This document shows, piece after piece, positions 15,188 to 23,171 of a stretch of 55,859 nucleotides of DNA. A model generated the notes under the pieces. That model was not told the origin of the DNA, did no database searches, and worked only from the letters and a program-made list of their open reading frames with translations. The position numbers were made by a program, and so were the translations under genes. How positions within the stretch are numbered: the first letter of the stretch is position 1; the number at the start of each line of letters is the position of its first letter. This stretch comes from a virus: positions 1 through 55,859 of the IMG/VR virus record IMGVR_UViG_3300045988_012935; one strand, written 5' to 3'.

Positions 15188-15340
15188 ATGATTTTAAATA
15201 TAATCGCAACAGCGACAGATGTCCTCGTAATATTGGGGCTTATGGGAGGACAGGTAAAACAAAAAGACAATTCAAACGCAATGGGGTATTTGCTTTCATA
15301 TGCGATTTTTGCAATGAATATTATGACCATTTGGAGATAA
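15188..15340 (+). CDS. Small 2-TM membrane protein, 50 aa
   Basis: ATG 15188; MILNIIATATDVLVILGLMGG...YLLSYAIFAMNIMTIW. Confidence 0.4.
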   Translation: MILNIIATATDVLVILGLMGGQVKQKDNSNAMGYLLSYAIFAMNIMTIWR

Positions 15341-15344
15341 CAAC

Positions 15345-15512
15345 ATGACAATTTATGATCCAATATTTGGTATTTACTTTCTGCCGCCAATTTTGAGCGT
15401 GGTCGAAAGAATACATATAACAAAATCAAAGGAACCGGACAGCACCGGAGATTTACTCAATCTGGATAGTGACGCCGAGCACCAGAGCGAGAAATCGGAG
15501 CATCCGGTATAG
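15345..15512 (+). CDS. Hypothetical 55-aa protein
   Basis: GGAGA RBS, ATG 15345, hydrophobic N-terminus and acidic tail, TAG 15510-15512. Confidence 0.35.
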   Translation: MTIYDPIFGIYFLPPILSVVERIHITKSKEPDSTGDLLNLDSDAEHQSEKSEHPV

Positions 15513-15598
15513 CTTAAGTCCGCAAATGATAATTCTCTGCTGAATAATTGATCTATCGGCGTTAGGCTTTGAATTACGTTTGCGGACGAATGCAACAT

Positions 15599-15669
15599 TG
15601 GGCTATCGCCAAGCGGTAAGGCACAGGATTTTGATTCCTGCATTCCGGGTTCGAATCCCGGTAGCCTAA
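15599..15669 (+). tRNA. tRNA-Gln (anticodon UUG)
   Basis: Hand-folded cloverleaf: acceptor TGGGCTA/TAGCCTA (U1-A72 as in bacterial tRNA-Gln), anticodon arm CAGGA-TTTTGAT-TCCTG, T-arm CCGGG-TTCGAAT-CCCGG; near-collinear with E. coli tRNA-Gln. Confidence 0.85.
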
Positions 15670-15896
15670 TTGGTTACATGTTGACGTTTCATGTAGCCAC
15701 GTATGTTTTCCATACGTACTTGAACCATTGGCTGAGAGTTTCAGACATTGGGTTCTCCTTTCACCAACTAGGACGCTTTCTGTTAAGGGCGGTGCGAGAC
15801 CGTCAGGTTGGTCTATATCATGCGTCTATCCAACGGCGCATGATCGTGTAACGCATAGCACGTAAAACATATTGCTAACCGTCTCGTGGCGGTTAT
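15670..15896 (+). ncRNA. 227-nt structured spacer between tRNA-Gln and tRNA-Glu (unassigned RNA)
   Basis: Hairpins at 15672-15698 (9 bp), 15699-15717 (7 bp perfect), 15817-15844 (8 bp perfect) and 15877-15894 (5 bp); no T-loop, no convincing ORF. Confidence 0.3.
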
Positions 15897-15967
15897 GATC
15901 GGTTAGTCGAGCGGTAAGACACCACCCTTTCACGGTGGTAACACGAGTTCAAATCTCGTACCGGTCA
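15897..15967 (+). tRNA. tRNA-Glu (anticodon UUC)
   Basis: Acceptor GATCGGT/ACCGGTC, D-loop AGCGGTAA, anticodon arm CCACC-CTTTCAC-GGTGG, T-arm ACGAG-TTCAAAT-CTCGT. Confidence 0.8.
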
Positions 15968-15973
15968 CTATAT

Positions 15974-16045
15974 TGGGATTTAATTCAGTGGTAGAAGACA
16001 CGGCTTATATCCGGGTTGTCGCGGGTTCGATTCCTGCAATCCCAA
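15974..16045 (+). tRNA. tRNA-Ile (anticodon UAU, reads AUA)
   Basis: Acceptor TGGGATT/AATCCCA, D-loop AGTGGTA, anticodon arm CACGG-CTTATAT-CCGGG (one A-G mismatch), T-arm GCGGG-TTCGATT-CCTGC. Confidence 0.7.
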
Positions 16046-16154
16046 CGACAGGGGTGAACCTTGCCGTAAGCGGTAGAAAGTCCGCATGAAATTGTACAAA
16101 AGTAGCGACAAAAGCAATTTCGAGTGTAGCGGTTTCGCTATAGCCGCTATATTT

Positions 16155-16238
16155 GCCGTGTGTCCGGTTGGTCGAGGGTGCTGTCTTGAAAACAGTCTGG
16201 ATGTAAAAGTCTCTGGGGTTCAAATCCCTAACACGGCG
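16155..16238 (+). tRNA. tRNA-Ser (anticodon UGA), type II with a long variable arm
   Basis: Acceptor GCCGTGT/ACACGGC perfect, anticodon arm GCTGT-CTTGAAA-ACAGT, 17-nt variable region, T-arm TGGGG-TTCAAAT-CCCTA. Confidence 0.7.
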
Positions 16239-16390
16239 TGCGTTGCTGAAGGATGCGACCAGTGGTTGCTATTGAGAAGCGAAAATTCTAGAAAGTAACT
16301 TTGTTGAGATAGTGACAAATCCTCTTGTTTTGGAAAGAAATGAAAAAGTTTGACCGTTTCAAGTTTCAAAAAATCGTGACAACTTTATGT

Positions 16391-16458
16391 GCGCTTGTCT
16401 GTTGGCCAGAATGAGGTCTCCAAAATCTCTAACGAAAGTTCGATTCTTTCCGGGCGTG
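16391..16458 (+). tRNA. Non-canonical tRNA-like element, possible tRNA-Trp (CCA) with a reduced D-arm
   Basis: T-arm GAAAG-TTCGATT-CTTTC, anticodon arm GAGGT-CTCCAAA-ATCTC, acceptor GCGCTTG/CGGGCGT with three G-U pairs, only 15 nt in the D region. Confidence 0.35.
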
Positions 16459-16527
16459 CTTATCTTTATCTCCACTTAGTCGGGTACTACTGCAATAGTT
16501 CCGGTCGATGGGAGACTTATGGATGGT

Positions 16528-16631
16528 AGCGGTATAATTGGTAACAGAAAACCCTTCCGTGATTAGAAATTGCAGATTTGAAAGCGGTTGGCATGGTTTT
16601 GGCTGACAGGGTTCGATTCCCTGTGCCGCTA
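16528..16631 (+). ncRNA. tRNA-like 3-prime module (perfect T-arm plus acceptor strand) with two alternative 5-prime partners; too long for a tRNA
   Basis: CAGGG-TTCGATT-CCCTG then TGCCGCT at 16607-16630; complementary AGCGGTA at 16528 and AGCGGTT at 16583; I could not fold the interior into D/anticodon arms. Confidence 0.3.
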
Positions 16632-16725
16632 TTCGATGATAAAAACATTATGGAATATTTATATCAAACAAAAGACACGGAATCTCACGAGGATTCCGAT
16701 TTTTGCTATGATTGGGGGATGGAAT

Positions 16726-16995
16726 ATGGTTTTAAATTGTGTGAATTGCGGAGCACCAATCGAAACAGACAAAAAGGTGTGTCCTTATTGCAAAACTCCA
16801 TATGACGTAAGCGGATTCAAGGCTGAAATAGGGGAAATGTTCGGAGAAATCACGATTGGTGGAAAAACAAGTAGAGTATATCTAGGAAATGTAGAACGCA
16901 AACAGCTATTAATCGAACCATATTATGATGCAGATGGTATTTTGCATCGTGAGATTCCAAAAACAATAAGAAAATTTACTTTGATTGAGGTGTAA
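16726..16995 (+). CDS. Zinc-ribbon protein
   Basis: ATG 16726 after GGGGGATGG; CVNCGAPIETDKKVCPYCKTPY. Confidence 0.55.
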   Translation: MVLNCVNCGAPIETDKKVCPYCKTPYDVSGFKAEIGEMFGEITIGGKTSRVYLGNVERKQLLIEPYYDADGILHREIPKTIRKFTLIEV

Positions 16996-16996
16996 T

Positions 16997-17215
16997 ATGT
17001 GTGATTTTTGCAATAATAAGCCCAGAGCGATAATTTCATATATAAAACAGAAGATTGATGTAATTGAAATTGTTACTGCTGGAATAGAAGGTGGTAATAC
17101 TTTAAAAGTTATAGGAACTTTACAAAGTTCATATTTTGTAGGTGCCATTCCTTTGAAAGCGGAAGCAAAAATATCTTATTGCCCTATCTGCGGCAGAAAG
17201 TTGGTGGAAGAATGA
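16997..17215 (+). CDS. Zinc-ribbon protein
   Basis: GAGGTG RBS, ATG 16997; MCDFCNN...YCPICGRKL. Confidence 0.5.
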   Translation: MCDFCNNKPRAIISYIKQKIDVIEIVTAGIEGGNTLKVIGTLQSSYFVGAIPLKAEAKISYCPICGRKLVEE

Positions 17216-17403
17216 ATAAATTATTACAAAATATACTTTTTCAGAAACCTACAGATTGTAAATATTGCGGAATGTTAAGTTGCGGAATGCTTGGCGCGAC
17301 TTACACATGCGTGAATGAGAAAAGCAATTGTTATTTTGTTTACCCAGTTATATGCCCTAAAGAGTGTACATTTTATGAAAAAGACACGGACTCCCAATGT
17401 TAA
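17212..17403 (+). CDS. Cys-rich small protein
   Basis: ATGA overlap; CKYCGMLSCGMLGATYTCVNEKSNCYFVYPVICPKEC. Confidence 0.5.
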   Translation: MNKLLQNILFQKPTDCKYCGMLSCGMLGATYTCVNEKSNCYFVYPVICPKECTFYEKDTDSQC

Positions 17404-17468
17404 AACGCTATTCAAACAACACAGAATGGCCAATAACGGATTTTTATTTGATAAGTGAGGGTTTTTAT

Positions 17469-17636
17469 ATGAAACATCAAAAAGAATGGCGCGCTTGCGA
17501 TAGATGTGGTGCTGAAATTGAAAAAGGCATACTGTGCGGAAATTTGATTACACAGAACAGCACTTTTAATACTGTATACGACTTGTGCCCTAAGTGTATG
17601 GAAGATTTTGAGGAGTTTATGAGAAATGACAGTTAA
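17469..17636 (+). CDS. Zinc-ribbon protein
   Basis: GAGGG RBS, ATG 17469; CDRCGAEI...CPKCMEDF. Confidence 0.5.
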   Translation: MKHQKEWRACDRCGAEIEKGILCGNLITQNSTFNTVYDLCPKCMEDFEEFMRNDS

Positions 17637-17841
17637 TATGGGAACCCAAACCTATGAAATGAGCCGAAAGCAGACAAAAGCTATCCTTGGAACGGCTAAG
17701 AAACTTGCAAATTGCAACATATACGGCATCGAAAAAGGCAATGTGGTGATTATGCTGAATGAAAAGTATGAGGACGATATGAGCCTTAAAAAAGCCGTAG
17801 AGGAGTATAAAAAGAAAGGGTTCAAGGTGCATTGGAAATGA
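17626..17841 (+). CDS. Hypothetical 71-aa protein
   Basis: ORF track, overlaps both neighbours by a few nt (translational coupling). Confidence 0.5.
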   Translation: MTVNMGTQTYEMSRKQTKAILGTAKKLANCNIYGIEKGNVVIMLNEKYEDDMSLKKAVEEYKKKGFKVHWK

Positions 17842-18020
17842 AAATAATCAAAGAAGGCAGCCTTAGGTACGAAAGAAAACCTTTAAAGTTTGAGTGTAAG
17901 AATTGCAAAACCGTTTTTGAAGCGGAAAAGACTGAATATGAATATTGTGGAGATCAAAGGGAAGGCGATAACTACAAGTGTGAATGCCCATTGTGCCACA
18001 AAATGGTATATTACAATTAA
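17838..18020 (+). CDS. Zinc-ribbon protein
   Basis: ATGA overlap; CKNCKTVF...CECPLCHKMV. Confidence 0.5.
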   Translation: MKIIKEGSLRYERKPLKFECKNCKTVFEAEKTEYEYCGDQREGDNYKCECPLCHKMVYYN

Positions 18021-18114
18021 AAGACAACCGGCTAACAAATGGAGTAGTCGCTACCCTAAAACAGTTATAGGCAGAGGTCAAGGCACTTCTGCTTTTTGCG
18101 GAGGTGCTTTTTAT

Positions 18115-19905
18115 TTGGCTTCAAAGCAGTTAATCAATGCAGTAAATGGATATGAAAATTACATACAGAGAAAAGGCGTTGATGAACAGGTAATAGATGC
18201 CCTTTTGAAAGCGTGCAATGTGGCAATTCGGACGGAAAAAGACGTTGACTACGGATTGGCTATAACAGAAAGAACAAAGTCTTTAATCAACGAATATACG
18301 CAGAAAAACGCGGGCGGTAGCATATGGGAACTTGAACGATATGCGCAGAATCATGACATTAAAGGCGGATACAAACTTGTGGATCAGTTCTATGAAGTCT
18401 TGCGGTTAGAGAGCTTTTATCGTTTCGAGAGCTTCATCTACTTTATGGAGCGCAAAAGAAATTGGAGTAAACGGTTTTATTATCCACGCCGCAAGACGCT
18501 GAATATAGTCGCCCACGATCTTGAAGATTTGGAAAACCGGAAGATTAAATTTTACGGATTGTCAATGCCATCGCGTGTCGGTAAATCGACTATCTGTATT
18601 TTCTTCCTTGCGTGGGTAGCTTTGCGCAGACCAAACAGTCATAGTGCTATGGGCGGTCACTCCGGTATTTTGGCAAAAGGATTTTACAAAGAACTGATGA
18701 ATCTTTTTACCACGGAAGAATATACGTTTGCTGAACTTTTTACTTATTGGCATCCGGAATATGCAAACACAACACTTCCGACAGACAAGAGCGCGGATGA
18801 ATTTACGATCACGCTTGGAGATCCGGACAGATTCGCAACCGTAACGTGCCGTGGTATTGATGGAACATGGACAGGAGCGGTCGATGTTTCAGAAGACGGA
18901 TATTTATATGTCGATGACTTGGTTCGTGATCGTGAACATTCATTAAGTCCTACTCGAATGAAAAACACATACCAAGAGTACCTAAACAAGATGGTTGACC
19001 GTAAAAATGACGGTGCAAGGGAATTGATGGTCGGTACTCTTTGGAATGTTTTAGATCCATTGGAGCGCATGAGAAAGCAATATGAGCATGATCCACAATA
19101 CCGATTCCGTAAGATTCCGGCACTTAATGAAAATGACGAAAGCAATTTTGCGTATGAAATCAAAGGATTTTCCACGGAATACTATCGGGATATGCGCGAT
19201 AAGCTTGATAATGCCGAATGGATGGCTAAGTTTATGCAGCAACCATATGTCCGCGAGGGATTGCTTTATACTGATTTGAGACTATTTAACGGAATCCTAC
19301 CGGACGGAGATTTCCGGCGCATCGGAGTTGTGGATGTCGCCTGGGGTGGCGGCGATAGCTTGTCAATGCCGATTGGGGCAGAATATGAAAACGGTGATGT
19401 TTATATTTACGATTGGGTATTCAACAAAGGCCCGAAAGAGGTAACAATCCCTCTTGTTGTTGGACGAATTATCGGGAATGAGATTAGGCAGACAAGATTT
19501 GAGGGAAATACCGGAGGAGATCTGTATTGCAAATATGTAGATGAAAAGTTGCAGGCGCAGGACTATAAATGCTCGTGCACAAGCAGAAAAGCACCAAACA
19601 ATGTTGAAAAGTTATCGAAGATCATAGCATATTCCGGTGATGTTAAAAGAAAATTCATATTTCTTGATACGCACCGACCTACGCAGGAACAAATGAAGAA
19701 AGATTCAGATCTTGGAGTAACAAGATATTACAGAAATGACGAATATCAAGCGGCTATGGATGAACTCTCTATGTTTGTAAGTATTGGCGGTAATGACCAC
19801 GACGATGCAGCAGACGGTTTAACTCAGCTTGAAATGTTTATAGAAAACCCAAACAATACCGCAAAAGTAGAAGCGGCAGTACACCCATTTAGGAGGTATT
19901 TTTAA
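18115..19905 (+). CDS. terL: Terminase large subunit
   Basis: Walker-A-like GLSMPSRVGKST, later DDLVRD, C-terminal nuclease-like VDVAWGGGDS. The frame is open from 17890; the proposed TTG 18115 is preceded by GGAGGTG (start uncertain). Confidence 0.8.
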   Translation: MASKQLINAVNGYENYIQRKGVDEQVIDALLKACNVAIRTEKDVDYGLAITERTKSLINEYTQKNAGGSIWELERYAQNHDIKGGYKLVDQFYEVLRLESFYRFESFIYFMERKRNWSKRFYYPRRKTLNIVAHDLEDLENRKIKFYGLSMPSRVGKSTICIFFLAWVALRRPNSHSAMGGHSGILAKGFYKELMNLFTTEEYTFAELFTYWHPEYANTTLPTDKSADEFTITLGDPDRFATVTCRGIDGTWTGAVDVSEDGYLYVDDLVRDREHSLSPTRMKNTYQEYLNKMVDRKNDGARELMVGTLWNVLDPLERMRKQYEHDPQYRFRKIPALNENDESNFAYEIKGFSTEYYRDMRDKLDNAEWMAKFMQQPYVREGLLYTDLRLFNGILPDGDFRRIGVVDVAWGGGDSLSMPIGAEYENGDVYIYDWVFNKGPKEVTIPLVVGRIIGNEIRQTRFEGNTGGDLYCKYVDEKLQAQDYKCSCTSRKAPNNVEKLSKIIAYSGDVKRKFIFLDTHRPTQEQMKKDSDLGVTRYYRNDEYQAAMDELSMFVSIGGNDHDDAADGLTQLEMFIENPNNTAKVEAAVHPFRRYF

Positions 19906-20339
19906 TGACAACGAATGAATATCTTTCTCAAATCGAGAGACTAGACCATACGATTGCAAATAAGCTGGAAGAAATCAAGAAGTTATCCGATATGGCAACT
20001 TCCATATCCATATCTCCGAAAGAGGTGGATGTGCAATCATCCGGCAATCCTGACAAAATGGGGAGCGCGGTATCGAAGATTGTTGATTTGCAGAATGAGA
20101 TTCAGACACTTGTAGATGAATTGGTTAATAAAAGACGAATTATCATATCGCAAATTGACAGCATGGATAATACAGATGTGTATATCGTGCTTTCATCACA
20201 CTACGTTAATGGAAAAGATTGGAACTTGATTTCCGTTGAGATGAAATATTCCTACAGGAACATTATGAAACTTAGAAAAAAAGCATTGCGGGAGTTTGAA
20301 AGACGTTATGGACAGCTTTATTCTGAAAAGAGTGCATAA
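19905..20339 (+). CDS. Possible sigma-region-4/DUF1492-like regulator between TerL and portal
   Basis: ATGA overlap with terL; N-terminal coiled coil, C-terminal ...VLSSHYVNGKDWNLISVEMKYSYRNIMKLRKKALREF resembles a region-4 HTH. Confidence 0.35.
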   Translation: MTTNEYLSQIERLDHTIANKLEEIKKLSDMATSISISPKEVDVQSSGNPDKMGSAVSKIVDLQNEIQTLVDELVNKRRIIISQIDSMDNTDVYIVLSSHYVNGKDWNLISVEMKYSYRNIMKLRKKALREFERRYGQLYSEKSA

Positions 20340-20446
20340 AAGTACACAATAGTTCACATTCTTTCACAACATTTCCTAAAACTTGCATGGTATACTAAAA
20401 GAGTAGAAAAACAAAATCCTACAACCCCAAAAGCATATAACCCGTA

Positions 20447-20479
20447 AAAGGCACTGTCAGAAATGGCGGTGCCTTTTTT
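20447..20479 (+). terminator. Rho-independent terminator
   Basis: AAAGGCAC...GTGCCTTT followed by a T-run. Confidence 0.6.
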
Positions 20480-20496
20480 GTAAGAAAGAGGTTGCT

Positions 20497-20688
20497 ATGA
20501 AAAAAGTAACTATATATTGCCCGGATTGCGGAAGAATTGCCGGACATTACGATGGAAGATCTACGATAGATCATCCGTGTAAATGTAAAAAATGCAATCA
20601 TATTGTGATTTATCGCGTGGCAACAGGCAAAGTTGAAACAAAGCCGATACCAAAACGCGCTTGCAGTAGTGGAGTTTTATTTATATGA
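20497..20688 (+). CDS. Com-like zinc-ribbon small protein
   Basis: IYCPDCGRIAGHYDGRSTIDHPCKCKKCNHIVIY has the CxxC-16-CxxC layout of Mu Com-type proteins. Confidence 0.4.
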   Translation: MKKVTIYCPDCGRIAGHYDGRSTIDHPCKCKKCNHIVIYRVATGKVETKPIPKRACSSGVLFI

Positions 20689-22142
20689 ATACACAATATT
20701 TTCATGACCTTGTAAAAGGCAGATACGGAAGAAAAATTGCATATGCTAACGTAGAACAGATTACGGCAGACAATATCAAAAAAGTTGTCGGAAACTGCAT
20801 TGGTGCATTTTATTTCAACAAGACGGTCATTCGGTATCTGTGGAACTATTACAAGGGCGATCAGCCTGTATTGTACCGAACAAAGATACAGAATGCGGAT
20901 ATAACCAATAAGGTGTCTGAAAACCATGCCTATGAGATTGTTCAATTCAAGGTTGGCCAGACTTACGGTGAGCCAATTCAGCTTATCAGTAGGAAAGACG
21001 ATGATCGTATAAACAATGCGGTTGATGAATTTAACGATTATCTTACCGATGCTAATAAGCAGGAAAAGGACATTAAGGCAGGAGAGTGGCAATCGGCAAC
21101 CGGAACGTCATTTAAGGCGGTGCAGTTTGCAAATGGAGATATACCATTTAGAATTGTCGCACCAACACCAATGAATACATTTGTTATTTATAATGAATCC
21201 ACAGAAGAACCACTTTTAGCAATCCAAGAACTTAAGGATGCCGATGGACAGATGTATAAACTCTGCTACACGGACTCTTACGAGTGCAAGATTGTGAACG
21301 GAGAGGTTCGAGATTGGAAACTGCATGGCTTTGGCGGGATCCCAATTGTTGAGTTTCCGAACAACCATGAGCGCATTTCTGACGTTGAGCTTGTGATCGG
21401 ACTATTGGATGCAATCAACACAATGCAGTCAAACCGAATGGATGGCGTTGAGCAGTTTGTTCAGTTTTGGATAAAGTTTGTAAATTGCGACATTGACCCG
21501 GAAACCTTTGAAAAAATGAAGATTTCCCATGCGCTTACGGTAAAATCCAACAATGAGCAGAATAAATCAGATGTTGATATTATGACACAAGAGTTGAATC
21601 AAACAGAGTGCCAAGTTGCAAAGGATGATTTGTGGAATAATGCACAGTCCATTCTTGCTATACCAAATAAGAACAACAATAATTCCGGTGGAGATACACA
21701 GGGAGCGGTTGAACTTAGAAACGGATGGGATTTCTCAAAGTCGAGAGCCAAACTGAAAGACCCAATCGTAAAGTCGGCTGAAAAAAGGCTTGCGAAAGTT
21801 GTTTTGAATGTAATTCGTATACAAGATCACGATTTGGGATTGAGTTTGCGAGACTTTGATGTTCAGATTAACCATAGCCCACAAGACAATATGTACACCA
21901 AGTCACAGACCCTATATCAGCTTTTACAAGCTGGTATTCATCCACTTGTGGCAATTAAATCTGTCGGACTTTGGGGAGATGCAGAAAAGACATTCCTGTT
22001 GTCGAAGCCATACTTGGATAATCTGTGGAAAACGATTGACGATGTAGAAGCGCAGGAGAAAAAGGCACAAGAATTGATAAATAAAATGAATACAGATGGC
22101 ACACAGAGCCAGACAAACAAAGATAAGACAGTCACCGAGTAA
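20685..22142 (+). CDS. Portal protein (SPP1 gp6-type)
   Basis: 485 aa directly after the packaging genes; YLWNYYKGDQPVLYRTK...NKVSENHAYEIVQFKVGQTYGEPI region typical of SPP1-type portals. Confidence 0.8.
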   Translation: MNTQYFHDLVKGRYGRKIAYANVEQITADNIKKVVGNCIGAFYFNKTVIRYLWNYYKGDQPVLYRTKIQNADITNKVSENHAYEIVQFKVGQTYGEPIQLISRKDDDRINNAVDEFNDYLTDANKQEKDIKAGEWQSATGTSFKAVQFANGDIPFRIVAPTPMNTFVIYNESTEEPLLAIQELKDADGQMYKLCYTDSYECKIVNGEVRDWKLHGFGGIPIVEFPNNHERISDVELVIGLLDAINTMQSNRMDGVEQFVQFWIKFVNCDIDPETFEKMKISHALTVKSNNEQNKSDVDIMTQELNQTECQVAKDDLWNNAQSILAIPNKNNNNSGGDTQGAVELRNGWDFSKSRAKLKDPIVKSAEKRLAKVVLNVIRIQDHDLGLSLRDFDVQINHSPQDNMYTKSQTLYQLLQAGIHPLVAIKSVGLWGDAEKTFLLSKPYLDNLWKTIDDVEAQEKKAQELINKMNTDGTQSQTNKDKTVTE

Positions 22143-22257
22143 TCGGCGGCTGTTTTTATTTTATAAAAATTCGCAAAGTTGTGAGCGTAAAAATCAACAA
22201 TGTCGTTCGGTGTCGTTGCACCGTATAAAAATTCGTATGACATATCGGAGGTAATGA

Positions 22258-22812
22258 ATGAAGAGAGAAGATCTGATTGCTATGGGATTAAGCGAGGAAA
22301 ACGCGGACAAGATCATGGCAGATTACGGAAGTTCCGTACAGAGAGCCAAAGCAAAGGTTGACGAGTACAAGACAAAGGCTGACAAAGCCGAAGAGTTGCA
22401 GAAGCAGCTTGATGATATCGAACAGGGAAAGCTCACGGAAGTCGAGCAGGCAAATAAGAACCTCGAAAAAGCCAATGCGAGAATCGCGGAACTTGAAAAA
22501 GCGCAGGCAATAGCCACGCAGAGAGCCAATGCCGCATCTAAATTTAATGTTACTGCAGAACAGGCAGCGCAGATTGTAAAAGACGATGGTAGCTTTGATT
22601 ATGACGTTCTTGGAAAGATTATCTCTGAAAAAGAGACCGCCGCAGCACAAGCCAAGGAACAGGAGATTGCAAAAGGCAGTACGAATCCGGGCGGTGGCAC
22701 GGCTGGCGGCAATAAAGACAACGAAAAGACAGCGGATGTCGAGAATGCTGAAAAGATTACTTTTGGAAGCAATTCAGCTACCGCAGAAGAAAAAAATCAT
22801 TATGTAATTTAG
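22258..22812 (+). CDS. Scaffolding protein
   Basis: Alpha-helical, charged, A/E/K/Q-rich 184-aa protein between portal and capsid. Confidence 0.7.
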   Translation: MKREDLIAMGLSEENADKIMADYGSSVQRAKAKVDEYKTKADKAEELQKQLDDIEQGKLTEVEQANKNLEKANARIAELEKAQAIATQRANAASKFNVTAEQAAQIVKDDGSFDYDVLGKIISEKETAAAQAKEQEIAKGSTNPGGGTAGGNKDNEKTADVENAEKITFGSNSATAEEKNHYVI

Positions 22813-22824
22813 GAGGTAAAAATC

Positions 22825-23154
22825 ATGGGTAAGCCTATTGAAAGAGATTTTACTCAAGAACTTGGTATTTTAAAACATTTCCCTTATCTGGGAGCCGCTT
22901 GTATTGTTCCACAGACAATGGTAACAAGCGCAGATGCAAACGGAAGAAAGATCGTAAAAGGTGGAACACCATTCCCATCCAACGATGAAAGCTGTGTAGG
23001 TTATCTGCTTAATGATGTTGACGTAACGATGGGGGATGCACCGGGAACTTACGTTTACGAGGGCGATATCGACAATGCAAAACTTACAAAGAACGGAGTA
23101 ACTGTTGAGGAAACGGCAAAAGCCAAAACCCCAAGAGTTACTTTTTTTGATTAA
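22825..23154 (+). CDS. Head decoration-like / minor head protein
   Basis: 109-aa ORF directly upstream of the capsid gene, as in gpD-gpE type arrangements. Confidence 0.4.
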   Translation: MGKPIERDFTQELGILKHFPYLGAACIVPQTMVTSADANGRKIVKGGTPFPSNDESCVGYLLNDVDVTMGDAPGTYVYEGDIDNAKLTKNGVTVEETAKAKTPRVTFFD

Positions 23155-23171
23155 AGAAAGAGGTGTAAATT

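Noticed and set aside
14770-15429. Long antisense ORFs: 14770-15429, 20610-21092, 31880-32452, 32460-33152, 37423-37980, 38086-38640, 39453-39971 and 46906-47703, all on the - strand
   Set aside because: Each lies entirely opposite a well-supported + strand gene, lacks an RBS, and has a skewed (Ser/Phe/Leu/Cys-rich) composition typical of shadow ORFs. The ones in the tape measure arise from the tandem repeats.
15518-15588. 71-nt element closed by a 9-bp stem, tRNA-sized, just 5-prime of tRNA-Gln
   Set aside because: There is no T-loop and no D-arm. The interior pairs as an extension of one long imperfect hairpin (GATAATTC/GAATTAC), so I do not call it a tRNA. It is kept only as part of the RNA-island finding.
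22162-22235. 12-bp direct repeat TATAAAAATTCG (22162 and 22224) between portal and scaffold genes
   Set aside because: There are only two copies of an AT-rich word in an intergenic region, with no associated promoter or palindrome that I can see. Chance is the likely explanation.
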